DNA from: a virus
Direction: 5' to 3' (one strand)
Virus record (IMG/VR): IMGVR_UViG_3300047552_002060
Location: 1-64,000 of that record
Length of the DNA: 64,000 bases
The notes under the pieces were generated by a model. That model saw nothing but the letters and a program-made list of their open reading frames with translations, searched no databases and had not been told where the DNA came from. Below, one piece after another: positions 1 to 8,448 of the stretch (position 1 is its first letter; each line of letters begins with the position of its first letter). The position numbers and the translations under genes were made by a program.

Positions 1-54
1 TGGGATATAACCCGCAGTACAAACAACGCAGTAAAAAAAGAAAGAAGACAAAAT

Positions 55-513
55 ATGGTTAAGCAGAAAGATGCCGTCTACAGTGCTGTTTGTGAGGTTC
101 GTGGTACCACCGAGTTCAGCGAGGCGGCCGAGCTCACAAAGGAAGAGCGAAGCACTGTTCAGACTGCTCTTCTCGAGGGGTTCAAGAGTGGCGACATCGC
201 GTATCAGGGTGATGTCTCTGACTCGGCCAAGCTGAGCAGCTATGTCAGCGGCTTGGTCAGCAACTGGCTCCGCAAGGATCGCCGCTTGAATGGCAATGTC
301 GCATACGTCGCCAAGAACCCGGGCACGCGCACCGGTGCTGGCGATGAGGCATTGAAGGCGATGCGTCTTCTGCTGTCGGCGACCTCAGAAGATGAGGCAC
401 GCCTGGAAATTCAGGCGGAGATCGACCGGCGTGTTGCTGAGCTGAAGCCCAAGAAGACTATCAATGTCGATGCTCTTCCCGAGAACCTGCGTCATTTTGT
501 CTCAGGCACCTGA
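55..513 (+). CDS. hypothetical protein (152 aa, GC-rich codon usage)
   Basis: Clean ORF followed by a strong hairpin; no family recognised. Confidence 0.75.
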   Translation: MVKQKDAVYSAVCEVRGTTEFSEAAELTKEERSTVQTALLEGFKSGDIAYQGDVSDSAKLSSYVSGLVSNWLRKDRRLNGNVAYVAKNPGTRTGAGDEALKAMRLLLSATSEDEARLEIQAEIDRRVAELKPKKTINVDALPENLRHFVSGT

Positions 514-529
514 CGCTTAAGACAAAATA

Positions 530-567
530 ATAATGTCAGGATGGCCACAACTCCATCCTGACATTAT
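530..567. terminator. 15-bp inverted repeat, likely terminator between convergent genes
   Basis: ATAATGTCAGGATGG-ccacaact-CCATCCTGACATTAT. Confidence 0.7.
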
Positions 568-581
568 ACTGACACTGCTAC

Positions 582-599
582 GGCGGCGCGTGCGCCGCC
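582..599 (-). terminator. GC-rich hairpin just after the reconstructed protease stop
   Basis: GGCGGCG-cgtg-CGCCGCC adjacent to the minus-strand TAA at 602-604. Confidence 0.5.
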
Positions 600-601
600 T
601 A

Positions 602-1289
602 TTAATGAGCCAGCAATGCTTTAATATTTGCTAATGGTACGGCGAGTCCGACGTGGTCATAGTCGACCATTCATGCTTAGAATGCCGACTATCTTGCCAT
701 TATAGAAGACTGGACAACCGCTATTGCCAGAATGAGTTGCAGCACTGATAACCTCAAGATTATCAGACCTGAGACCTGAGAACCAACCTGTTGTTATAAT
801 AGGTACCGAGAAACCATTAGGATGGCCTATCACCATTACGGGAGCGCCTCTAGTTGGCATCTCTGTGGCAATAGGTGCCACGGGACCGATAATACAATCT
901 GCTTCAACTAGAGAGACATCAGAAGCATCGTCTTCTGAGACGAAGTGGGCTGGACACGTCCCTTTAACGCCGTCAACTTTCATATCTAGAGCGACAACAA
1001 TCTTGAGTGGCAGCTCATTCTTTAGTGGCCTACCAATTTGTATCTTGCCTACATGAGTTGCAGTTAAGATCAGTGAATGACCTGCGGGCGTATGTCCAAT
1101 CACTACACCTGAACCATAATAACCGCCTGATTTTGCACCTTCTTCGCGAGTTATAACTGTAAAGTCCACATTGAAGCGAACCACAGAAGCGGTTAAATTA
1201 CTAACAAACTGTTCATTGCCAAAATCTAAATTTTGAACAGTGGCACAGCTGCAACTACAAAAGACAAGAAAAAGAAGTATATATCGCAT
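602..1289 (-). CDS. trypsin-like (S1) serine protease with signal/lipoprotein-like N-terminus; apparent 1-nt frameshift near 667
   Basis: Triad motifs TATHV, DVSL, GNSGCP. The listed ORF stops at 657, but the shifted frame continues VDYDHVGLAVPLANIKALLAH*, a typical S1C C-terminus. Confidence 0.8.
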
Positions 1290-1557
1290 AGTAATAACAT
1301 TATACAATATAGGACACTCGGGCGATGACACCTACTTACAAGATTGTGCAATTCTTTGCTGACCCAGACATAACTTCACAGGTGGTCGCTAAAGGTCTCT
1401 CTCTAGAAAAAAGCCCGTGAATGGTGTAACGATCCCGAGACATCTAGTCGCACAGCAACTTCAAAAGAGGCCCAAGATCTCACTGAGGAAGTTGGGCGAT
1501 GGTTTGACGGGTATGAAGAAGAGTGACCCACTCTTGCTTACAAGTCCATATTGGCAA

Positions 1558-1677
1558 ATGCGGCGTTTCTTTTCAAGAAATAAATTATTCGAAGTAATGT
1601 TTGTATTGAAGTTAATCAGCTATACAACTTATTACAATCTGCATGACAATGATGGCCAGCGTCTTTTTCCCATGTAA
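1558..1677 (+). CDS. microprotein, LKLIS-motif family
   Basis: MRRFFSRNKLFEVMFVLKLISYTTY... Confidence 0.45.
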   Translation: MRRFFSRNKLFEVMFVLKLISYTTYYNLHDNDGQRLFPM

Positions 1678-1714
1678 TCTCATCCGAATCAATATTCGAT
1701 AAAGGAAAAATCCC

Positions 1715-1909
1715 ATGTTGCCAACTAAATTGACTAATGGAAGAATTCCAGCATTTACGGCGTGCCCATTTAAAGCAACTTGCTCAACCTTGCGCGAAGG
1801 AAAGTGCCATCATCGCGATACGGAGCATCCGGTTGCCTTTAGCTGTGCAACTGCTCGAGGATTTGATTTGATGGAGCGATATGATATGGAGAAGATCCGT
1901 GAAGATTAA
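1715..1909 (+). CDS. small Cys/His-rich hypothetical protein
   Basis: AAGGA SD upstream; CPFxxxC...CHH...C pattern. Confidence 0.6.
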   Translation: MLPTKLTNGRIPAFTACPFKATCSTLREGKCHHRDTEHPVAFSCATARGFDLMERYDMEKIRED

Positions 1910-2366
1910 GGTGATGCGAGGCATTCCTGGCAGTGGTAAGTCTACACTTGTCAGTAAGATGGCGCTTGAAGCATACGAAACAAGAAAAGATGACAAGTAC
2001 GGTATCGCAATCTGTTCGGCCGATAAGTTTTTTATGGGCCCGAATGGATACGATTTTAAGCCTAATAAACTTGGAGAAGCGCACAAAGAATGCCTGCGAG
2101 ACTTTATTTTCGCTGTTCAAAATAAGATGTCTCTTATCTTTGTCGATAATACTAATATCAATATTGAGGATGCTAGTCCGTATATTGCTATTGGTGAAGT
2201 CTATGACTACGAAGTTGAAGTGATCCAGGTCAATGTCTCCGATGTGAAGATCGCTGCGGATCGCAATGTTCACGGAGTGCCTTATAGCAAGATCCTCGAG
2301 ATGTATCATCGACTCACCAATATTCCTATTCCTCATCGTTGGAAGTTCACGTTTGTTAACCATTAA
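1899..2366 (+). CDS. P-loop kinase, AAA_33 / polynucleotide-kinase-like
   Basis: MRGIPGSGKST Walker A, CSAD, VDNTN and RNVHGVP motifs. Confidence 0.85.
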   Translation: MKIKVMRGIPGSGKSTLVSKMALEAYETRKDDKYGIAICSADKFFMGPNGYDFKPNKLGEAHKECLRDFIFAVQNKMSLIFVDNTNINIEDASPYIAIGEVYDYEVEVIQVNVSDVKIAADRNVHGVPYSKILEMYHRLTNIPIPHRWKFTFVNH

Positions 2367-2377
2367 GGGAAGAACAC

Positions 2378-2590
2378 ATGCCTACTATCGTTGTTGACAT
2401 TGGACATTATTTTGCTCGTACGAACCGGTTTCCTCCAAAGCGCGGAATGGTCTCTGTACTTTTTCAAGTAGGAGATCAGCCGGTTCGAGCATCTGGATTT
2501 AATTTCGAAGTAGCCGTAAATGTAGTTAAGAAGACTGCTCGAAAGATGAAAGTAAATACTATTACTTTGCTGGACATTAATCCACTTTAA
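2378..2590 (+). CDS. hypothetical protein
   Basis: ORF with AAGGGA SD. Confidence 0.55.
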   Translation: MPTIVVDIGHYFARTNRFPPKRGMVSVLFQVGDQPVRASGFNFEVAVNVVKKTARKMKVNTITLLDINPL

Positions 2591-2599
2591 TTGGTGAAA

Positions 2600-2707
2600 G
2601 GGCGGGACAGGCTAGTCCAACCATAAAGGAATAGGCGTATGGCACCGAAAGGTGACCGACCGAAACGGAGTGGGTTCGTAGGCTGGGTTCGACTCTCGGG
2701 CCGCCCA
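2600..2707 (+). ncRNA. tRNA-like RNA (acceptor + T-arm, expanded non-canonical centre)
   Basis: GGGCGG/CCGCCC-A closing stem; CTGGG-TTCGACT-CTCGG T-arm; internal CACC-GAAA-GGTG hairpin. Confidence 0.6.
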
Positions 2708-2711
2708 AATC

Positions 2712-2819
2712 ATGACTCAAAATGAAAAGTATGAACTTTTAAACTTCTTTGCGCTTATAAGAAGATTAAGGCTGGTCTCAAAAGACGCATATCAATTATT
2801 CGTTCGTAGGTATTTATAA
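2712..2819 (+). CDS. microprotein, LKLIS-motif family
   Basis: MTQNEKYELLNFFALIRRLRLVSKDAYQLFVRRYL*. Confidence 0.5.
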   Translation: MTQNEKYELLNFFALIRRLRLVSKDAYQLFVRRYL

Positions 2820-2830
2820 AGGCAAAATCG

Positions 2831-3067
2831 ATGAGTAAACTTACACCAGAACAGATAAAGTTTAATCAGAGTCTTTGGCACTGGTATCCATTGGGCCAAC
2901 TGGATGCTATTTGGCATCTTTTAGAAAACCTAAATCACCATACTGATACGAAGTATCATAAAGAAATAGATACTGTACTTTGTGCTCTCGAGAAGTTAGA
3001 TCAAAAGGTACGTCAAGACCGATATCCTTTTAAGAAGAAGCAGAATAAGCAAAAGCGAAAATCATGA
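2831..3067 (+). CDS. hypothetical protein
   Basis: ORF with ATGA overlap to the next gene. Confidence 0.6.
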   Translation: MSKLTPEQIKFNQSLWHWYPLGQLDAIWHLLENLNHHTDTKYHKEIDTVLCALEKLDQKVRQDRYPFKKKQNKQKRKS

Positions 3068-3441
3068 TAAATCAATATCACCTCGAGAAGTGGAACGAAT
3101 TACCAAACAAGACTAAAAAAGAGCTACAAGCCTCTAATCCTAAAAAGGAAGTAACTCAGAAGCAATCTGTCTATGCTAGTAAGTTGACAGATATTGTCAA
3201 AGAAGCTAAGGAATTTGCCAAGCATTGGGGAAAGACCATTCAAGATGTTGAGCTCGAGCATTCATCCTATCAGTATGAGTACTCAGAGAGCTATTCATCT
3301 ATGTTAGAGATGTGTGTTCAAGGTTTAGAGACAGACGATCAATACTATGCGCGGCTGAATGAGTATTATGAAGCGAATAAGCTCCGAGAAGAGTATGACC
3401 GTCGAGAATTTGAGCGTCTCAAGACAAAATTCAGCAAATAA
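3064..3441 (+). CDS. hypothetical protein, paralog of 15393-15740
   Basis: Shared KExxxFA..G...DVxL...ET......RL...E(F/Y)ERLKxK(F/Y) pattern. Confidence 0.7.
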   Translation: MINQYHLEKWNELPNKTKKELQASNPKKEVTQKQSVYASKLTDIVKEAKEFAKHWGKTIQDVELEHSSYQYEYSESYSSMLEMCVQGLETDDQYYARLNEYYEANKLREEYDRREFERLKTKFSK

Positions 3442-3718
3442 GTGGCTAATCTCATTAGCTATATTGTTCAATAGCTTAGATGCTCTTTTTACATTCTTTG
3501 CTATAAAGTTTGGAGCTATAGAGAATAACCCACTCATGCGAGTAATACTTGAGATGGACGTAACATACTTCCTGTATGTAAAGTTAATAGCAGTGAATTT
3601 GTTGATCTTGGGCGTTGGATTCTTCTATCATCGTCACGGGGTGAGTAGGATCGGACTTACAATTGTAGCATGCTCATATGCAATTCTGAATATATATCAC
3701 ATGGTCAATCTCAATTAA
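3359..3718 (+). CDS. small membrane protein, DUF5658-like
   Basis: NSLDALFT...GAIENNPLM motif and three hydrophobic segments; start uncertain. Confidence 0.7.
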   Translation: MSIMKRISSEKSMTVENLSVSRQNSANKWLISLAILFNSLDALFTFFAIKFGAIENNPLMRVILEMDVTYFLYVKLIAVNLLILGVGFFYHRHGVSRIGLTIVACSYAILNIYHMVNLN

Positions 3719-3961
3719 TATGGCGATGAAAATAGCTACAACTCAGCTAGAAAGCGCAATAAATTTCTGTATCTTCTGGTCGATTCTCTTTAGAGGTGGT
3801 AGAGTGTATTTCAACCTTACTCATTTGTTTATTTCTTTTAATAAGTGGAATAGTACAACCAAAAAGGAAGGATAACTACATGTACGTTTTTCTGATGGTA
3901 TTGGCTCTCATCGTTGCTGGTGTTGTTTTTAGTGACCAATCAGGTCACGGGTAAGCTGTTC

Positions 3962-4036
3962 GGCAAAAGGTCTGCTAGCGACCACGGTAAAGGATCAGCC
4001 ATCTGATCTAAAGAGGTTCGAATCCTCACTTTGCCA
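3962..4036 (+). ncRNA. tRNA-like RNA with closed anticodon arm
   Basis: GGCAAA/TTTGCC-A acceptor; GAGG-TTCGAAT-CCTC T-arm; GGTC/GACC D-like stem; GGATCAG-CCAT-CTGATCT arm with 4-nt loop. Confidence 0.6.
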
Positions 4037-4037
4037 T

Positions 4038-4241
4038 ATGAATAAAGTCGACATACACATCTTCCTCAAACCCTGTCCATTCTGTAAACAATCACTCTTT
4101 CCCGTGAATAAGACCCACTGTTCATGGCTCGAGTGTCGTAATGAGCAGTGTGATTTTCTAAGGCGCTCATTAGAAGATATTGAGCCGTTCGATGAGACTT
4201 TTGAACCAATACCATACACAGAAGGATACCATAAGAAATGA
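4038..4241 (+). CDS. small zinc-ribbon protein
   Basis: LKPCPFC...ECRNEQC. Confidence 0.55.
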   Translation: MNKVDIHIFLKPCPFCKQSLFPVNKTHCSWLECRNEQCDFLRRSLEDIEPFDETFEPIPYTEGYHKK

Positions 4242-4361
4242 TGATTGACATATTTACAGGAATGTGGTGCTTGCTTGTAGTCATTGGTATTCTTACTTGG
4301 ATTGGGCGCTCTTTACCCAAGGATTAACTTGGTAGAATGGTTCCATAATTAAGGAATTAAT

Positions 4362-4769
4362 ATGGAACTTAAACTTACTAGAAAGTGGCTCACCGCCAAC
4401 AGTACAATCAGCGAACTTACAGTAGATGGCGCCTTTGAGTGCTTCACACTCGAAGATCATTTTCCTACACCATATGTAAAGACGCCCGGCAAGACCTGTA
4501 TTCCGCTTGGTCGATATGAGGTCATTGTCAATATGTCAAATAGGTTCAAGGTAGAGATGCCTCTACTTCTCAATGTTCCTCAGTTTGCTGGTATTCGCAT
4601 TCATCCTGGCAATGTTGCTGGAGATACAGAAGGCTGTCTGTTACCAGGTCGTATTCGTGGAACGGATAAAGTACTTGAGAGTAAGCTTGCTTATGAGACT
4701 CTCTTTACTAAGATTAAAGCAGCGATTGCTAAAGGTGAGAAAGTCTTTATTACTGTGGCTCTTGGATAA
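4362..4769 (+). CDS. DUF5675-family protein (putative L,D-transpeptidase-like cell-wall enzyme)
   Basis: FTLED, CIPxGRY, IRIHPGN...DTEGCLL motifs. Confidence 0.8.
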   Translation: MELKLTRKWLTANSTISELTVDGAFECFTLEDHFPTPYVKTPGKTCIPLGRYEVIVNMSNRFKVEMPLLLNVPQFAGIRIHPGNVAGDTEGCLLPGRIRGTDKVLESKLAYETLFTKIKAAIAKGEKVFITVALG

Positions 4770-4772
4770 CTT

Positions 4773-5024
4773 ATGAGTGAAGACTTAATCTACAGACTAA
4801 AGAAACGAGCAGAGATTCGTAGGCAGATCTCCACTCGTAAGAGTGTCCAAGAAGGGAAGCCTGATCGTATTGCTGATTTGTTAGAAGAAGCAGCGAATGC
4901 TCTTAGTTTTTTAGCAGAACTGGCTGAAGAAGACTGTAGCTATGGAGATAATTGTCCAACTTTTGGAAGTAGACATGGTAAGTGTATATACTGTAAGGCA
5001 AGACAAGCGTTAAAGAAAACATAA
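4773..5024 (+). CDS. hypothetical phage protein
   Basis: RLxKRAEIRRQI...DRIADLLEEAA; C-terminal Cys cluster. Confidence 0.65.
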   Translation: MSEDLIYRLKKRAEIRRQISTRKSVQEGKPDRIADLLEEAANALSFLAELAEEDCSYGDNCPTFGSRHGKCIYCKARQALKKT

Positions 5025-5031
5025 AAATAAC

Positions 5032-5250
5032 GAGCCTTGCCCGATCACCACGGGCTAGTGTGACACGCACGAAATGAAGCCGGATAGTTACCGGAGTGTG
5101 GTTGGGGTCTTACCGAACCCTGGGCTGGCAACGCCCCAAGTACCGTAAGTACTGTTCTACTGTGAAAAGGTGACAGAGGTATACTGAAAGTCAGGTATGA
5201 AACCATGAGGCTGATACCCGGGTTCACCATGTGAACACCGACTACCTGAA
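5032..5250 (+). ncRNA. candidate structured ncRNA upstream of tRNA-Ala
   Basis: GC-rich gap with many hairpins (GCCCG/CGGGC, TTGGGG/CCCCAA, AGTAC/GTACT, GTTCAC/GTGAAC, TCAGGTA/TACCTGA). Confidence 0.5.
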
Positions 5251-5256
5251 GCAGAT

Positions 5257-5329
5257 GGGGTTTTAGCTCAGCTGGGAGAGCGTCGGATTTGCATTCCGAA
5301 GGTCAAGGGTTCGATCCCCTTAAACTCCA
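5257..5329 (+). tRNA. tRNA-Ala(UGC)
   Basis: Canonical cloverleaf, G3:U70, anticodon arm TCGGA-TTTGCAT-TCCGA. Confidence 0.95.
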
Positions 5330-5331
5330 AT

Positions 5332-5438
5332 TGAATGGTAGCTTATGGCGTAGAAGGAATAAGGCATACGCGAGTCGTAAAAGCACCGGTCTCCTTATGC
5401 CCGGGAGAATCTGATGCGGACCTCAGACCATTCGACCA
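5332..5438 (+). ncRNA. tRNA-like RNA with encoded CCA and a 27-nt loop in the anticodon arm
   Basis: TGAATGG/CCATTCG-A-CCA acceptor; TCTGA/TCAGA T-like arm; GGCATA/TATGCC stem. Confidence 0.55.
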
Positions 5439-5441
5439 TAG

Positions 5442-5645
5442 ATGATTAGAAGAATACTTAATAGACTCTTACGTTTATATCGTATAACATCACAACTGCA
5501 TTTAGGAATTTGCTATAGAAATGAACTTCTATATGTGATGGCCCAACTTGAACTGATACCTAAAGTATTAGACATGAAGAACGGTATTTATCTTGGTGTT
5601 GGTATGCCGACGCCTAGGGTCTTAAGAAGGTGGTATTCATGGTAG
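5442..5645 (+). CDS. microprotein, LKLIS-motif family (possibly two motif copies)
   Basis: LYRITSQLHLG and LLYVMAQLELIP. Confidence 0.45.
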   Translation: MIRRILNRLLRLYRITSQLHLGICYRNELLYVMAQLELIPKVLDMKNGIYLGVGMPTPRVLRRWYSW

Positions 5646-5788
5646 ATGAGATAGATCGACTTCATACTGATATCACACGTCGATACAACTTAATCTGTTT
5701 AATGTTAAAATTTAAGTTGATCAAAGAACCTAATTGGTTTGATATTGAATACGCTCTAAAAAAGAGTCTTATGCCTAAATGGAAATGA
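5639..5788 (+). CDS. microprotein, LKLIS-motif family
   Basis: ...RYNLICLMLKFKLIKEPNW... Confidence 0.45.
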   Translation: MVDEIDRLHTDITRRYNLICLMLKFKLIKEPNWFDIEYALKKSLMPKWK

Positions 5789-5819
5789 AAGACCTCGAAG
5801 AAGAAAGCAAATTGAAGTT

Positions 5820-5905
5820 GCTCTTGTCGCATAGTTGGTCGAGTGCACCAGTTTTGTAAACTGGATCCCTAAAGGACATCGTGAGTTCGAATCTCACCGA
5901 GAGCT
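5820..5905 (+). tRNA. tRNA-Thr(UGU) with extended variable arm
   Basis: GCTCTTG/CGAGAGC acceptor, CCAGT-TTTGTAA-ACTGG anticodon arm, 16-nt variable region, GTGAG-TTCGAAT-CTCAC T-arm. Confidence 0.88.
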
Positions 5906-6052
5906 ATGTCGCGACACTATATTCCTCCTGTAACTATGGCAGAGCGCTTCAATAAATTGTGGTTCTTCATTTCTTTCTTGAACCAATTGAGCCTCATCTC
6001 TCGTCTAACGCGAACTAAAGCACATACAAAAATAGTTCATAACTCAACATGA
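5906..6052 (+). CDS. microprotein, LKLIS-motif family
   Basis: ...LWFFISFLNQLSLISRLT... Confidence 0.45.
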   Translation: MSRHYIPPVTMAERFNKLWFFISFLNQLSLISRLTRTKAHTKIVHNST

Positions 6053-6233
6053 AAGTAAAGATTAAGCAGATAAACACGCCTCGAATCAACTCAGACTACT
6101 GGGATGAAGAGTGGTTTATTTCCATAGACAGGAAAACAATTGCTGTAACTTGGACTGAAGAAGATGCCAAACTATTAGTTAAAGCACTTCGACAACTTAA
6201 GAAGAAAAAACTTATCCGAAAATAAAAGATAAT

Positions 6234-6494
6234 ATGCGAATTCTATTGGTTTTGTTTGTGACCTTCTTGATTACAGTAGTTGAAATTGTGCTTACAAGAA
6301 GTTTTTGTAAGGACCCTTTTCCAGGATTGTTGGCGGCTATTCTCTTTGCCCCTCTTTGGTTTTTGATTCTTATCGTGCCAGTCTTAAGGATAAGCTATAA
6401 GGTGAGGACTCAAGAGCCAGACTATATACAAATGCAAGTCGTTAATGATATTGCTGCTATTAGACGTAGCAGTGGGAATAAGCAAACATGGTAA
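6234..6494 (+). CDS. small membrane protein
   Basis: Two hydrophobic segments. Confidence 0.6.
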   Translation: MRILLVLFVTFLITVVEIVLTRSFCKDPFPGLLAAILFAPLWFLILIVPVLRISYKVRTQEPDYIQMQVVNDIAAIRRSSGNKQTW

Positions 6495-6823
6495 AAAAGA
6501 AAGTAAAAGTACCAGTTAAGATACAAGACCCACTCTATTACAACTTTTTCGAAGTAATGCATTATCTTGAGGAAGTTCATAAGAAGAATTTCCGAGATTA
6601 TGCTGGAAAGTTTGGTAAGAATAGTGATATGGAGAAACCATATCAAGATTTCTGGCATTGGATGATTGACATTAATGATGTCCAAAATGGTGGATGGGTT
6701 TGTTTGCCAGATTTGTCTTATTTAGACGATCCTGAGGTTCCCACCTGGAAGAAAGAGATTATCGAATATTTCCATTTATTTCTAGGCAATGAATATGATG
6801 AAAGGATGTTAGCTTCGTGGTAG
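6488..6823 (+). CDS. hypothetical phage protein
   Basis: ORF with PYQDFWHW motif. Confidence 0.7.
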   Translation: MVKKKVKVPVKIQDPLYYNFFEVMHYLEEVHKKNFRDYAGKFGKNSDMEKPYQDFWHWMIDINDVQNGGWVCLPDLSYLDDPEVPTWKKEIIEYFHLFLGNEYDERMLASW

Positions 6824-7200
6824 CTAAATACGACCGACTAGCCACAATTCCTCTGAAAGATGTACTAGATGCTATAGCTAATAAGAAGCCACTTGTTCAC
6901 CAAGGAGTAAAGTGTGATACGTTTGGTATTCGTCTATTGACGTATCGTGTTCACGGTACAAATTGTTGTGTTCTTGGTTGTAAGGTAAAAGGCGAATACT
7001 TCGCTATTGAGACTCTTTCTAATCTTCATACTCCTCTTTATCATCTGAATTTATATGGAGTTGCTGATGGAAGAGAAGTGATGCTTACGTCTGATCATCG
7101 CATTCCTAAGAGTCGAGGTGGAAGCAATAGCATTGATAATAGACAGCCTATGTGTTGTCCACATAATGCTAAAAAGGGTAATAAGCTTATCTATCTTTGA
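6817..7200 (+). CDS. HNH endonuclease domain protein
   Basis: TSDHRIPKSRGGSNSIDNRQPMCCPHNAKKGN. Confidence 0.85.
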   Translation: MVAKYDRLATIPLKDVLDAIANKKPLVHQGVKCDTFGIRLLTYRVHGTNCCVLGCKVKGEYFAIETLSNLHTPLYHLNLYGVADGREVMLTSDHRIPKSRGGSNSIDNRQPMCCPHNAKKGNKLIYL

Positions 7201-7688
7201 AAGAAAATATGGCCAGACATTTATCGATGAGGTTGTCTCAACGTCGAGTCTTTAACGGACTATATGATTTAGCATGTTGTAAAAATGCTGCCCCAAAGAT
7301 TAATATTGCTACATCGTTGGATGAAATTGACTGCCCTAAGTGTAAAGAGATAAGCAAGAATAGATATTGGTTCTATCATTCAAATTGCGGTTGTTGGCAA
7401 CAAGTATTCTACGATCATGAAAATATTCAATGTGAGCAATGTTATTATGCGAACTTGAATGCTAGTAATGAAGTTAAAAAGCAATTAAGTGATTTGTATC
7501 ATTTTTGTATCTTTTGTGGAAAAGAAGGTACGCAACGCTCTTTAAGAGCGTATTTAACTTGCGAAACATGTGACGCTGTATTGACAGATTGGCTTTTAGA
7601 GCATACAGATAAAATTACACAAATAGAAGAACTACAAAAACAAAGAGCAGCATTACAACACACAATTCGACTACACAAATCCAAATGA
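7197..7688 (+). CDS. Cys-rich zinc-finger protein
   Basis: Four CxxC pairs and a C-terminal coiled coil. Confidence 0.6.
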   Translation: MKENMARHLSMRLSQRRVFNGLYDLACCKNAAPKINIATSLDEIDCPKCKEISKNRYWFYHSNCGCWQQVFYDHENIQCEQCYYANLNASNEVKKQLSDLYHFCIFCGKEGTQRSLRAYLTCETCDAVLTDWLLEHTDKITQIEELQKQRAALQHTIRLHKSK

Positions 7689-7987
7689 TACTTCCCAAAC
7701 TACATATTTACGGACAAACCTATTTCCATGAGAAGGCTTTTATTGTAGGAAATAGAGAGGCTCTGGTGCACCTCAGAGATGCTATTGATGCTGCGTTGGC
7801 TAATGAAGCCGGAACAACTTTAGCCTATGTGGCAGATGGTGAAGGCTACGATGTAGAAGTATATCAAGAGAATAGTGATACCTTCTGGGAAGATGCTCTG
7901 CGACCTTATACTGATGAAGTAGCCAGAGATACACGCGAAGAAGCAATTACCCCATGGCATCTACACGCGAAGTTTTATTCGAGATGA
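7685..7987 (+). CDS. hypothetical phage protein
   Basis: LHIYGQ..IVGNREAL..DGEGY. Confidence 0.7.
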   Translation: MILPKLHIYGQTYFHEKAFIVGNREALVHLRDAIDAALANEAGTTLAYVADGEGYDVEVYQENSDTFWEDALRPYTDEVARDTREEAITPWHLHAKFYSR

Positions 7988-8448
7988 ATATCTTTGTATT
8001 AGATTTAAACCCAGCATTGGCTGCGCAATATCAAGCAGATAAACATGTAATTAAAATGACGCTTGAGAGTGCGCAACTCTTATGCTCACCTTTTGAGCCA
8101 GAGGATGGCGCACCATACAAGCGAACTCATTATAATCATCCCTGTGCTAAGTGGGTCAGAGAAGATGAGTTTAATTATACTTGGTTGCTCACACATGCTT
8201 GGGCATTAGGAGTCGAGTACACTTATCGCTATGGCAAGCGGCACAGATGTGTTCCTGTGATCGACTGGTGTTATCAGAACATGTATAAACTTGCTCTACC
8301 GCGAGAGAAACTCTCTCCGTTTGCTCAAGCGATGCCTGACATCTATAAAAATTCAGACCCAGTAGTTGCTTATCGCTCGTATTACATAAATGAGAAGAAG
8401 AGAATGGCGCAATGGAAGGTAAGAGAAAGGCCGGACTGGTATCCATGA
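7984..8448 (+). CDS. pyrimidine-dimer DNA glycosylase (DenV-like family)
   Basis: MNIFVLD...DKHVIKMTLESAQLL, HxNHPCxxW, AYRxYY. Confidence 0.85.
   Translation: MNIFVLDLNPALAAQYQADKHVIKMTLESAQLLCSPFEPEDGAPYKRTHYNHPCAKWVREDEFNYTWLLTHAWALGVEYTYRYGKRHRCVPVIDWCYQNMYKLALPREKLSPFAQAMPDIYKNSDPVVAYRSYYINEKKRMAQWKVRERPDWYP

Noticed and set aside
1413-1435. GCCCGTGAATGGTGTAACGATC resembles a 23S rRNA segment
   Set aside because: The similarity is short and does not extend; no rRNA called
5032-5250. Possible RNase P RNA or tmRNA
   Set aside because: No GAGGAAAGUCC P4 signature or tmRNA termini; left as unknown ncRNA
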